From the NCBI GenBank assembly GCA_963717525.1, contig OY970343.1, positions 1,728,001 to 1,792,000 of the forward strand: 64,000 bases of DNA, given 5' to 3'. Shown here piece by piece: positions 52,677 to 63,163 of the stretch. Each line of letters begins with the position of its first letter. Position 1 is the stretch's first letter. The position numbers and the translations under genes are program-made. This stretch comes from an uncultured Methanoregulaceae archaeon. GTDB taxonomy: Archaea > Halobacteriota > Methanomicrobia > Methanomicrobiales > Methanospirillaceae. The notes beneath the pieces are model-generated. The model was given only the letters and a program-made list of their open reading frames with translations, did not search any database and was not told where the DNA came from.

Positions 52677-55303
52677 TCAGTCGTTTTTCCGGAACAGCAC
52701 CGGGTTCTGCCGCTGGACCCACCAGCGCCGGGCGAATACTATTCCCATTGCAATGACCGCAACCCCCCCAATCCAGGCAAAGAGGGTAAAAACCGTGGAG
52801 TCGACTGACCCGTCAGTACCTGCGTTCGCGGACGGAACAGTCGTAGGCGAGGTTATCGTAGGAATCGTCCTTTGGGCGGATACCGCCACCGATGTTGTCG
52901 CAATACTTATAGGTGTTCGGCTGACCGCTGCTGCCAAGGGAGTGATTACGGTTGCCGCTTCATTCATGGGGATGGTGTTGCTCCTTGTCGTGATGGCAAA
53001 ATAGGAGAAGCCCGGCGTCGTTGCCGTAAAGTAATGGGCATCCCCGGAACAGTACAGGTATGTAGTCGGTAGTTCGGACCAGATGCCATAATTAAGGCGC
53101 ATGAGAGTGACCTGTGCCGGGGTAAGCCCGTTTGCCTGGAGCCACGCATCCGCCACGGCAAAGGTGATCGTCCCGGAGCTGATGACGGACGGGTTCACGG
53201 CAACCGGCTCAATAGCGACGACACCAGCGGTAGTTCGATTGTTGCCGGGAGGGGGCGTGATCGTGCCGGCCTCAGTCACGATGAGATCGGTGGAGCCAAG
53301 CGATCTGGACGGCACGATGGAGACAGAGACAATCGCGTAGGGATACTCCATGCGTCCGGTGCTGTTCGGTTCGCTGACGCCAAAAGACATTCTTGTGCCT
53401 GCATTTGCGCCTGGTGATGTGACCACTGTCGAGGAGCCTCGGCGGGATTTTCCGCTCTCTGGAGAACTGCCCCCGTCACCTGAGGTCACTGGTGGGGTTT
53501 GTATTGTGGTCGGTTTCGTTGTTGGTACTATGGTGCATTCTGTAGTTGGTATCGTTGTTGGTACTGTGGTCCATTCTATGGTTGGTACTATTGTTGGCAG
53601 AATGGTCGGCACCACCGGAAAAACGGTAAAGCCGTTCGCAAGCATCCATTCCTGCCCGTCCGGGTTGGTCACCACCACGTTCCAGCTCCCGGCCTCCTGT
53701 CCGGTCAGATCGAAAGTACAGGTAAGCTGCGTTGATAAGAGGGCGGTTACGTTGGTAGCCGCAATATCCGCATTCCCGGTGCGATTCAGTTTCACCGACG
53801 GCTTGATCGTAGTATTGAAATTGATACCGGAAAGATTCGTGATACTGACTGCTGTCATGTTACTACCACCCGAAGGAGTGATCCCGGTGATGGCAGGTGG
53901 CGGGACCGGGGCGGCGATGATGAAACCGTTTACCAGCATGCCCGGGGCACCCCCCGGGTTAGTGACAACGACGTTATACGCCCCGGGTGTCGCGTTTGTC
54001 AGGTCGAAAGTACAGGTTATCGTTGAACCAGAATGCACCGCAACGCTGGTTGCCGGGATGGAGGTCACGCTCCCAATGTCCACGATCTCGAGCGCATTGC
54101 CGATCCTGCTCGTCACATACGCATGCGGGCTGGATACATACACTCCTGACGGGACATTCAGCAGTGCACCACCGGCTCCGTTTGTTATGGTGCCAAGGTG
54201 CACCGGAACCGCGGGATTTGCAACGTCCACGATCTCCAGTGCATAGCCCCCGGCACTCGCCACATATGCGTAATGATCGGAGATGTACACCCCGGCTGGG
54301 TCACCCAGCAATGCATTGCCGACACCGTTTCGTATGCCGGATTTATGTACCGGGATGGCGGGATTTGCAACGTCCACAATCTCAAGGGCAGCATTGATCC
54401 CGGAACTGGTAACATAGGCGAAATTTCTGATGACGTACACATCTGTGGGTGTTTTCAGGAAGGGAACGTTTCCGTTACCATCTTTAATGGTACCCTTGTG
54501 AAATGGATTGGCCGGGTTTGAGACATCTACGATCTCCAGAGCGTTGTTCCCGGCACTGGTTATATACGCATAATCGCCGGAGACGAACACGCTGGTGGGG
54601 TTTTTGAGGCGAGTATCGTCTTTCATGGTGCCTGCGTGAACCGGGGAGGCAGGATCGGATATATCCACAATCTCAAGCGTATTGCTCCCATAACCCGTCA
54701 CATATACATAACTGCCAGAAACCGTGACCGAACGGGGGTCGGAAAGGAGCGCACCCCCGGTCCCGTTCGTGATGCTCCCCGCATGGACCGGGTGTGCCGG
54801 GTTTGAAACATCGACAATCTCCAGCGCATTGTTCCCGGAACTTGCAACATATGCATAGATACCGGATACAACTACACCGGTGGGAGCCTTCAGCAGCGCA
54901 CCCCCGGTCCCGTGGAGCAGGCTCCCTTTATGGACGGGATGTGCCGGATCGGTTACCTCCACAATTTCGAGTGCATCGCTCCACTTACTGGTGACGTACG
55001 CCATGGTACCTGAAGAAAAACCGCCTCCGGGCCATTCAGGAACGGGGCGGTGCTCCCCCCGTCAACGATGCTGCCGGAATGGACCGGGCAGGCAGCGGCC
55101 GGCACTATGAGGACCTGTGCACCGGTCGCAAAATCCGAACCAGATATATCTGCAGTGAGGGCACGGGTCGTATTTACCTCTGAGTCAGGAGTGATATCGG
55201 CAACGGAGGGCACAGGGACAACAGCACCGGTGATCCCTATTACGAGGGGCAGGAGAATGAGTGCGAATACGGTACGTGCTGACAGGAGTGCGGGAACATT
55301 CAT
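52677..55303 (-). CDS. Surface protein with seven LVIVD-type repeats, IPT/TIG-like domains, PGF-pre-PGF domain and C-term TM; indel near 55010
   Basis: Signal peptide; YAYVxS..NALEIVDVSNPAxP x7; YNVVVTNP x2; FTATTPGFSYFAI; TM + RRWWVQRQNPVLF. Confidence 0.88.
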
Positions 55304-55521
55304 GGAACAACCTCATCGTAAACAGTGCGTCAAGGGGCGAACAGGATTCCAGATCCCACAAACGGGTGACAGGAATAATGCATTTTCGGCAATAATACCT
55401 AAAATTGAAAGGCAAAATATAATAAATATTGTGAATTGTATTCTTTACAAAAATACAATTGAATATGCTCTTGAGACAAGGACCCTGAACCGGACCAGAA
55501 ACCGGCACACGCTATCGCAGT

Positions 55522-55630
55522 CTGGGGGGATACCCCCGGTTGTTCCGGCACATGGGGGGGAGGGTACCCCCTACTTGAAAAAAAGGTGGTAGGGGGGTGA
55601 GGATCACCCCCTCCCCCCCTTTTCCTTTTC
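55522..55630. repeat. G/C-run-rich nested inverted-repeat element upstream of sufC
   Basis: GGGGGGGAGGG (55554-64) pairs with CCCTCCCCCCC (55609-19); inner CCCCCTAC/GTAGGGGG; alternative GGGGGTGA/TCACCCCC. Confidence 0.7.
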
Positions 55631-55727
55631 CTGCCGCCAAATACCGCAGGTTTGACACCACCACTCCGCATGGTATAGTAAAAAGCGTTTAATGCAGACA
55701 TCGACATACACTGATGCGGTTAATCGT

Positions 55728-56458
55728 ATGCTGGACATCGAAGACCTTCATGTGAATATCGGTGATAAGGAGGTGTTGCACGACATCAACCTCCACATCG
55801 ATGCCGGGGAGACCCACGTGCTCATGGGCCCCAACGGCTCCGGAAAGACCACGCTCTTAATGACGCTGATGGGATTTTCAAACTATACGATCACCAGAGG
55901 GAAGATCACCTACAACGGAGTGGATGTGACATCGATGCATGCCGATGAACGGTCCAAGCGCGGGATGGGGATGCTCTTCCAGCGCCCGCCTACCATATCG
56001 GGGCTTAAACTGGGGAAGCTCCTCACGGCCATCTCGCATGAGAAGGCTGTGGACATCCCGGACCTTGCCAAATCGGTTCACATGGGCACCTTTCTTGAAC
56101 GGGATATCAACAAGGGGTTCTCGGGGGGGAGATCAAAAGGAGCGAGGTGCTCCAGCTGATGATCCAGAACCCGGACTTCGTGATGCTCGATGAACCTGAA
56201 AGCGGGGTCGATCTCGAGAACATCTCTCTCATCGGGAACGCCATCGGATCACTGCTCGAAAAAGAGAAACGGATCGGAAAGAGATCAAAAAGTGGCCTTG
56301 TGATCACCCACACGGGATTCATCCTTGATTACATTGACGCGGACAAAGGGCACGTGATGTGCGACGGGATGATCAAGTGCCACGGGAATCCCCGCGAGAT
56401 CTTAAAGGACATCAAGCAGCGTGGCTATAAGGAGTGTCTGGAATGTCGCCAGAGCTGA
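55728..56458 (+). CDS. sufC: Fe-S assembly ATPase SufC (SmsC-like); frameshift in the G7 run at 56123-56129
   Basis: MGPNGSGKT, FQRPP, GFSGG then EIKRSE in the shifted frame, DEPESGVD, ITH, C-term CxxC. Confidence 0.92.
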
Positions 56459-57558
56459 GTACGCCGGGCATATCAAAGGAGGACCAGGAGCGGCTCGTCC
56501 AGTCGGGAATCGAGCTCTCTATGGAAAACCGCTGCGGCAGTTACCTCCAGATGAACCAGGATGTCATCCATGCCGAGTGCCATCAGGAAGGTATCGAGGT
56601 TCTCTCGTACAAGAAAGCGATGGAAAAGTATGACTGGCTCAAGGAATACAACTGGAAGGCCGTCGACAAGGATAAAGATGAGATAACGAAATACGTTGCA
56701 GCCCAGAGCGATCCCAAAGGCTACGTGATCATCGCCCACAATGGCTCGAACAATATCCTCCCCATCCAGGCCTGCCTCTATCTCGGGCGCGAGACGATCC
56801 AGCACGTCCACAACATTATTATCGCCGAGGAGGGTGCGGAGCTCCATATTATTTCGGGATGCACGAGTGGCGGACATGTCGGGCAGGGTGCAGCACATTA
56901 CGGTGTTTCAGAGTTTTACATCAAGAAGAACGCGAAGATCAGTTTCACCATGATCCACACGTGGACAGAGAACATCGAGGTCTTCCCACGCAGCGCATCC
57001 ATAGTCGAAGAAAACGGGGTGTTCCTGTCAAATTACGTCTGCATGCAGCCGGTCAAAAAAGTCCAGATGTACCCGACGGCGACCTTAAAAGGCGAGAACT
57101 CGGTCGCGCGGTTCTCCACGATCACTATCGCGTCTCCCACGTCATACATCGATACCGGGTCGCGTGCAATCCTTGAGGGGAAAGGCTCAAGTGCGGAACT
57201 TATTACCCGTGCAATCACAAAAGGCGGGACCATCATCTCGCGGGGCCAAATTATCGGGAAAACCGCCGGGACCCGGGGACATCTCGAATGTAAAGGGCTG
57301 ATCCTTAAGGACGGAATCATCTACGCGATCCCCGAAATTGACGGAAGGGTGGTCGGCACCGAGCTCTCCCACGAAGCGGCGGTGGGGAAGCTTGCGCAGG
57401 AGGAGATCGAGTACCTGATGGCCCGGGGGCTCTCTGAAGACGAAGCGACCGCGACGATCATCCGGGGTTTCCTCGATGTCAAGATCGCCGGCCTTCCCGA
57501 GGCACTCCAGAAGCAGATCGATGCCACCATTGACGTGGCCGAGAAAGCAGGATTTTAA
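56443..57558 (+). CDS. sufB: Fe-S assembly scaffold, SufB/SufD family (SmsB-like)
   Basis: QHVHNIIIAE, GHLECKGL, AIPE, SHEAAVGK..EIEYLMARG. Confidence 0.93.
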   Translation: MSPELSTPGISKEDQERLVQSGIELSMENRCGSYLQMNQDVIHAECHQEGIEVLSYKKAMEKYDWLKEYNWKAVDKDKDEITKYVAAQSDPKGYVIIAHNGSNNILPIQACLYLGRETIQHVHNIIIAEEGAELHIISGCTSGGHVGQGAAHYGVSEFYIKKNAKISFTMIHTWTENIEVFPRSASIVEENGVFLSNYVCMQPVKKVQMYPTATLKGENSVARFSTITIASPTSYIDTGSRAILEGKGSSAELITRAITKGGTIISRGQIIGKTAGTRGHLECKGLILKDGIIYAIPEIDGRVVGTELSHEAAVGKLAQEEIEYLMARGLSEDEATATIIRGFLDVKIAGLPEALQKQIDATIDVAEKAGF

Positions 57559-57573
57559 GAATCTGAAAGGCAT

Positions 57574-58227
57574 ATGACAGTCCCGTACCCGCGATCGGAC
57601 GAACGCCGCAGGATGGTGGATCTCCAGATCGCGGCACGGGGCATCCGGGACTCTCGCGTCCTTGCAGCACTGCGGGAGGTGCCCCGCCACCTGTTCGTCC
57701 CGCCGCCATACGACCGGGATGCATATGCGGACGCGCCCCTTCCCATAGGGAGAGGGCAGACGATCTCCCAGCCGTATATCGTGGCGCTCATGACCGAGCT
57801 GCTCCACCCAAAGTCCGTCGACAGCGTGCTCGAGATCGGGGCAGGGAGCGGGTACCAGGCAGCGATCCTGTCAATACTCGTCCGTAAGGTCGTTACAATT
57901 GAACGTATCGAAACGGTGGCAGCGCATGCACGGACCAGCCTTGAGGCAGTCCATGCGGACAACGTGGAGATCGTTCTCGGTGACGGGACGCTCGGGTATT
58001 CTCCGGGCGTACCATACAATGGTATCATTATCACTGCCGCAACACCGGAAATACCTGGCCCTCTCAAGGAGCAACTCGCTGAAGGGGGCAGGCTGGTCGC
58101 CCCGGTAGGAGATCGCATTCTCCAGGAACTGGTCGTGCTCGAACGGCACGGGAACCGGTTCACAGAGGAGCACCATGGTGGCGTACGGTTTGTACCGCTC
58201 ATCGGCAAACACGGTTGGGAGGACTGA
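57574..58227 (+). CDS. pcm: Protein-L-isoaspartate O-methyltransferase
   Basis: VPRHLFV, GQTISQPY, LEIGAGSGYQAA, VRFVPL. Confidence 0.96.
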   Translation: MTVPYPRSDERRRMVDLQIAARGIRDSRVLAALREVPRHLFVPPPYDRDAYADAPLPIGRGQTISQPYIVALMTELLHPKSVDSVLEIGAGSGYQAAILSILVRKVVTIERIETVAAHARTSLEAVHADNVEIVLGDGTLGYSPGVPYNGIIITAATPEIPGPLKEQLAEGGRLVAPVGDRILQELVVLERHGNRFTEEHHGGVRFVPLIGKHGWED

Positions 58228-58234
58228 TTATACC

Positions 58235-58849
58235 ATGAAAATTATCGACATCACACGTACGCTCTCCGGCGCCGCGGTCTCGTTTCCCGGGGATCCACCC
58301 CCGCAGTTTTCCCAGCGGGATGCGGGGTTGTACCTGATCAGCGACCTGCATATGAACAGCCATTCGGGTACCCACATTGATGCCCCGGTCCATTACTTAA
58401 AAACCGGGGATACCATCGACACTATCCCTCTCGATCACCTGATCGGCCCATGCCGGGTACTGGACATGAGCCGTGCCGGGAGTACTATCACAGCAGCAGA
58501 TCTCAAAGGCAGGCTTGGTACCGCGAAGCGTATTCTCTTAAAAACGATGTTTTCAAACGAAGTCCTGTTCCGGGAGGATTACCCGCATCTGTCTCTTGAT
58601 GCAGCAGAGCTGCTCAGCGCTAACGGCATTCTCTCTGTCGGGATCGACTCGTTCTCGATCGAAGCGTTTGTCTGCGACGGATCGGTGCACCTGGAATTGC
58701 TCGGCAACGGGTGTATTATCATCGAACTCCTCGACCTTTCCGGGGTAACTGAAGGGGAGTACGAGATGGCTGCGCTGCCGCTGCGGCTGGCCGGCCTTGA
58801 CGGTGCACCCGCCCGGGTCGTGCTCATGCAACACAATGGGGGGACGTAA
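58235..58849 (+). CDS. Cyclase family (kynurenine formamidase-like) metal hydrolase
   Basis: FPGDP, HSGTHIDAP.H, VGID, DGAPARV. Confidence 0.9.
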   Translation: MKIIDITRTLSGAAVSFPGDPPPQFSQRDAGLYLISDLHMNSHSGTHIDAPVHYLKTGDTIDTIPLDHLIGPCRVLDMSRAGSTITAADLKGRLGTAKRILLKTMFSNEVLFREDYPHLSLDAAELLSANGILSVGIDSFSIEAFVCDGSVHLELLGNGCIIIELLDLSGVTEGEYEMAALPLRLAGLDGAPARVVLMQHNGGT

Positions 58850-59487
58850 TGGATATTGTCGCAGATTCGGTGATCAGGCTCGAAGAGATCATCCACCACA
58901 GCGGCTGCGAGGAAACGGGGGTCCGGCTTGATGTTGATCCCGATGCAAAGACCTGCCAGTACGAGCGGGGTGCCTGCATGATCGCCTCATTCGGGGGGCG
59001 CAGTGCGGAATTTGTCACGGACGATCCGATCCGGGCAATGACGAAGATCTCCTTTATGTTCGGGGCGCCACTTGAAACGCCCGGTGTCCGCAGCGCCGCG
59101 TGTGCCATTATCAACGTCGCCACGGGATTCTTCTGCCTCTCCCGGGTGATGCATGCCTGCCCTCTTGCTTCGCATGCTGCATGCCTGCGTGAACTAACTG
59201 AAAAACTCAACGGGCACCGTGTATTTTGTGTCGGGAAGATCCCGGTACTGGAACGGGCAACCGGTCTGGAAGTGACCACGAATAGTGATGATGCAGATAT
59301 CATCCTTGTCAACAACGAAGGAATTATTGCACCGGGGACCGGGGACCTGGTGGCAGCGTGGGGCAGGAGAAAACAGATCATCTTCCTTGGGCCATCCACT
59401 GCCGGGGTCTCCCGCATCCAGCAGCAGGAACACTGGTGCCCGTACGGGAAGCAAACACCGGATTTCATCCCGGCTCCGTCACTGTAA
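58849..59487 (+). CDS. Cys-rich hypothetical protein (possibly DUF364-like)
   Basis: 212-aa ORF coupled to the cyclase gene; RSAACAIINVATGF, FLGPST, WCPYG. Confidence 0.65.
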   Translation: MDIVADSVIRLEEIIHHSGCEETGVRLDVDPDAKTCQYERGACMIASFGGRSAEFVTDDPIRAMTKISFMFGAPLETPGVRSAACAIINVATGFFCLSRVMHACPLASHAACLRELTEKLNGHRVFCVGKIPVLERATGLEVTTNSDDADIILVNNEGIIAPGTGDLVAAWGRRKQIIFLGPSTAGVSRIQQQEHWCPYGKQTPDFIPAPSL

Positions 59488-59529
59488 AAAGGCTAAAACT
59501 CTTTTTATACAAACCACCCACCATGATTC

Positions 59530-60780
59530 ATGCTTTTTGGATCATCGGGTATTCGTCAGCGGTTTGACCGGTCGCTGGTGGAGATCGCTCTTGCGGTCGG
59601 TGCTGTCATGGGGGAGCGGTACCCGGATTGCATTGTGGGGACCGACACGCGGATCACAAGCCCGGTGCTTGCCCGGGCCATACTTGCAGGAATACTCGGA
59701 GCGGGTGGAAACGCACGCTTCACCGGGATCGCCCCCACACCCTCTGTCGCATATAGCGCCCGCACCGCGAAAGCCGGGTGCATGATCACCGCTTCCCACA
59801 ATCCGGAAGAGTACAACGGGATAAAACTGTTCAACCCGGATGGATCCTCGTTCACGCAGGCCCAGCAGAAAGAAGTAGAGGAATTCCTCAAAGAGCCGCA
59901 CTGGGCTGACTGGCGCCACCAGGGAAAAGAATGTTCCTTTGACGCTCTCGCATCCCATAAAAAAGCAATCCTGGATGCAGTCTCTATTGACCCCGGCCTT
60001 TCGGTCGTCGTCGACTGCGGGAACGGCGCCGGTTCCGTACTGACCCCAGGTCTCCTGGCAGATGCTGATGTGAAAACCGTCTGCCTCACCTGCAACCCTG
60101 CCGGGCAGTTCTTCCGTCCCTCGGAGCCACTGGAAGAATATCTGGGATATGTAGGGGAGATGGTCAAAAAGACCGGCGCGGACTGTGCGGTAGTCCATGA
60201 CGGGGACGCCGACCGCATGATGGCGTTTGACAACAAGGGCCGGTATATTGACGGTGACCACCTGCTTATGCTCTTTGCCGAACATCTGGGTGCAAAAAAG
60301 GTGGTCACCACGACCGATGCATCCATGATCATCGAGGAAGTTGCAGAAGTCCACCGCACACCTGTCGGCGATGCATTTGTATCCGAAGAATTGCTTTCGT
60401 GGGGGGATTTCGGGGGAGAACCGAGCGGCGCATGGATATTCCCGCATCACTCGTACTGCCCCGACGGCCCTTTCGCTGCGGCCCTCTTCTGCGAGATCGC
60501 ATCGGGCTGTGATGTCGCCTGCAGGCTGGATGCCATGCCGTCCTACCCAATCTTCCGTGAATCGATCCACAACGAGAGGGCACGCGAGATAGTCACGGGT
60601 CTTGGCGCAGGAAACCCGACGGACGGCATCCGCGTTGCACGGGAAAACGGGTGGTATCTCATACGGGCGAGCGGGACCGAGCCCAAGATCCGTATTACTG
60701 CTGAAGGCACCACACTTCCGGGAGCAAAAGAGATGCTGGAACAGGCAAAAAACCTCATACGGCAGGGGAAAACTGCTTAA
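59530..60780 (+). CDS. glmM: Phosphoglucosamine mutase / phosphohexomutase
   Basis: LFGSSGIR, TASHNP, HDGDADR, GGEPSG, RASGTEPKIR. Confidence 0.92.
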   Translation: MLFGSSGIRQRFDRSLVEIALAVGAVMGERYPDCIVGTDTRITSPVLARAILAGILGAGGNARFTGIAPTPSVAYSARTAKAGCMITASHNPEEYNGIKLFNPDGSSFTQAQQKEVEEFLKEPHWADWRHQGKECSFDALASHKKAILDAVSIDPGLSVVVDCGNGAGSVLTPGLLADADVKTVCLTCNPAGQFFRPSEPLEEYLGYVGEMVKKTGADCAVVHDGDADRMMAFDNKGRYIDGDHLLMLFAEHLGAKKVVTTTDASMIIEEVAEVHRTPVGDAFVSEELLSWGDFGGEPSGAWIFPHHSYCPDGPFAAALFCEIASGCDVACRLDAMPSYPIFRESIHNERAREIVTGLGAGNPTDGIRVARENGWYLIRASGTEPKIRITAEGTTLPGAKEMLEQAKNLIRQGKTA

Positions 60781-60803
60781 ATATTGCAGGATGAGCTGTA
60801 TCT

Positions 60804-62003
60804 ATGGAATGCGTTGTGCTGGCAGCCGGTGAAGGAAAGCGCATGCGACCCCTCACCGCCCGGCGCCCGAAAGTGATGCTCCCGGTAGCAAACCGCCCGA
60901 TGATGGAGCACCTCGTGGTCGCGGCCCGGGATGCAGGCATAACAGAATTCATATTTGTGGTCGGGTACGGGGAGCGTGAAGTCCGGGGTCACTTTGGGGA
61001 CGGGTCGCATTTCGGGATCCACATATCGTATGTCCCCCAACGCCAGCAGATGGGCACTGCCGATGCGCTCCGTTCCGCACAGGGTCTTGTTACCGGGCCG
61101 TTCCTTGCCATGAACGGGGACATGATCCTCACGGGAGCCGATATTTCCTGCATGATCCGGACCCCTGCGCCGTGTATGAGCACGAGCACGACCGATCATC
61201 CCGGGGATTTCGGGGTTGTCCTCGTGGAAAATGGTCTGGTCACGGCCCTCGAGGAGAAGTCAGAACAGCTCAAATCCACCATCATAAACGCCGGGGCGTA
61301 CCTGTTTCCTCCCGAAATTTTTGACCTTCTTGCACAGGTCGGACCCTCGTCACGCGGAGAACTGGAACTGACAGATGCGCTGGATATTCTGATCGGGGAA
61401 CACCGGCTCCGGGCCGTTCCCCTGTCGATATGGATGGACCTTGGCTATCCCTGGGATTTACTCGATGCTAACGCCACCCTTCTGGCTTCGCTTATATCGG
61501 GGAATCACGGGACCGTGGAGGAGGGAGTGCACCTGTCCGGCCCCGTGGTTATCGGTAAGAATACGGTGGTAAAACCGGGAACCTGCATTGAGGGTCCCTG
61601 CATCATCGGCAACAACTGCCGGATCGGTCCCCACGCGTATATCCGGGGAGCAACCAGCATCGGCGACGATTGCCATATAGGACACTGCACGGAAATCAAA
61701 AATTCCATCGTGATGGCAGGGACAAAGATTCCCCATTTTAACTATATCGGGGATTCGGTTATCGGGAGCGGGTGCAATTTCGGTGCCGGGACAAAGATTG
61801 CAAACCTCCGGCACGACCATGCGGCGGTCAGGGTTGGGGGAAAGGATACCCGGCACACCAAGTTTGGTGCTGTTATCGGGGACAACGTGAGGTTTGGGAT
61901 CAACTGTTCGGTTAACGTCGGTTCGGTAATCGGGAGTAATGCGACTTTCGCGCCAAACACGTACATTGACGGAAGTTTTGGCGAGAACTCAACTATAAGG
62001 TGA
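60804..62003 (+). CDS. glmU: Bifunctional sugar-1-phosphate nucleotidyltransferase/acetyltransferase
   Basis: LAAGEGKRMRPLT..RPK, RGELELTD, hexapeptide repeats, HFNYIGDS. Confidence 0.92.
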   Translation: MECVVLAAGEGKRMRPLTARRPKVMLPVANRPMMEHLVVAARDAGITEFIFVVGYGEREVRGHFGDGSHFGIHISYVPQRQQMGTADALRSAQGLVTGPFLAMNGDMILTGADISCMIRTPAPCMSTSTTDHPGDFGVVLVENGLVTALEEKSEQLKSTIINAGAYLFPPEIFDLLAQVGPSSRGELELTDALDILIGEHRLRAVPLSIWMDLGYPWDLLDANATLLASLISGNHGTVEEGVHLSGPVVIGKNTVVKPGTCIEGPCIIGNNCRIGPHAYIRGATSIGDDCHIGHCTEIKNSIVMAGTKIPHFNYIGDSVIGSGCNFGAGTKIANLRHDHAAVRVGGKDTRHTKFGAVIGDNVRFGINCSVNVGSVIGSNATFAPNTYIDGSFGENSTIR

Positions 62004-62007
62004 ACGT

Positions 62008-63162
62008 ATGCAGGCAGTCATTCTGGCAGCAGGAGAAGGAAAACGGGTCCGCCCGCTCACGTGGAGCCGGCCAAAAGCGATGATCCCGGTAGCAAACCGC
62101 CCCATCATTGCGTATACGATCGATGCGCTCATAAAAAATGGCATCCGTGACATTATCGTTGTTGTCGGGTACCGCAAAGAACAGGTGACGCGGTTCTTAA
62201 ACCAGCTCGACCTCCCCATTGAGGTCGTTGTCCAGGAGAAGCAACTCGGGACAGCACATGCACTCCTGCAGGCAAAATCCCGCGTCAAGGGCGATTTCCT
62301 GCTTCTGCCCGGAGACAATTACATAGACGCACAGTCGGTGGCAAAGATCAAGGATGTCAAAAACGCCATGCTCATAAAAGAGCACCCCAGTCCCTCCAAT
62401 TTCGGTGTGGTGACAATCCGTGAGGGCCGGGTGGAAAGTATCGTGGAAAAACCTGAACATGCGCCCAGTTTTCAGGTCAGTACCGGGATATACTCGTTAA
62501 ACAAAGACTTTTTCCGGTACATCCGGGGAAATGATATTACAGATGCCATTTCAGCCATGATAGAATCCGGTACAGGCATCAGTGCTGTCACCGCTGAAGA
62601 CTGGCAGGATGCGATCTACCCGTGGGATCTGCTCAAACTGAACCAGCGTCTTCTTAAACATCTTCCTGCGGCCCGGGAAGGTACCTCCAGCCGTCATGCC
62701 ACGATCCACGGGCCGGTTCAGATCGGGAAAGGCACCACTATCGGGCCAAACACCGTGATCTCGGGGCCGGTCATCATTGGGAATGACTGCACGATTGGGC
62801 CAAACTGTTGTGTCCTTCCCAACACCAGTATCGGGTCCCGGGTAAGTATAGAGCCGCTGAGTCTGATCGGGGACGCGATAGTGATGGATGACACCACCTT
62901 CGCCTCACATTCCCGGATCGTTGACTCCGTCATAGGTGAACGCTGCAGGCTTGCCGATCATACATCGACGGGGACAGCAAGCGGCATCCTGGAGATCGAG
63001 GAAACCCCGATACGCTCGCAGTTCGGCGCCATTCTCGGGGATAATGTCACCAGCGGTCCGTTTGCCCGGCTCCGGAACTGCATTATCGGGAACAATGTCA
63101 TTCTCGAGGGAAACCGTGACGTGATCTCCCGCATCATTCCGGATGGATCCCTGGTGATATGA
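62008..63162 (+). CDS. Second GlmU-like nucleotidyltransferase with hexapeptide repeats
   Basis: LAAGEGKRVRPLT..RPK, VEKP, YPWDLL, LbH repeats. Confidence 0.88.
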   Translation: MQAVILAAGEGKRVRPLTWSRPKAMIPVANRPIIAYTIDALIKNGIRDIIVVVGYRKEQVTRFLNQLDLPIEVVVQEKQLGTAHALLQAKSRVKGDFLLLPGDNYIDAQSVAKIKDVKNAMLIKEHPSPSNFGVVTIREGRVESIVEKPEHAPSFQVSTGIYSLNKDFFRYIRGNDITDAISAMIESGTGISAVTAEDWQDAIYPWDLLKLNQRLLKHLPAAREGTSSRHATIHGPVQIGKGTTIGPNTVISGPVIIGNDCTIGPNCCVLPNTSIGSRVSIEPLSLIGDAIVMDDTTFASHSRIVDSVIGERCRLADHTSTGTASGILEIEETPIRSQFGAILGDNVTSGPFARLRNCIIGNNVILEGNRDVISRIIPDGSLVI

Positions 63163-63163
63163 C

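Noticed and set aside
53500..53610. Short tandem repeats resembling a CRISPR array
   Set aside because: They encode the PTIVPTIEWTTVPTT linker of the surface protein; there are no constant repeats with unique spacers
55380..55630. Replication origin (AT-rich block plus G strings)
   Set aside because: No repeated ORB-like boxes recognised and no orc1/cdc6 gene in the window
56123..56129. Programmed frameshift or phase variation at G7 runs in sufC and the HEAT gene (18948-54)
   Set aside because: The window has many indels and homopolymer under-calling is the simpler explanation; accurate reads are needed to exclude it fully
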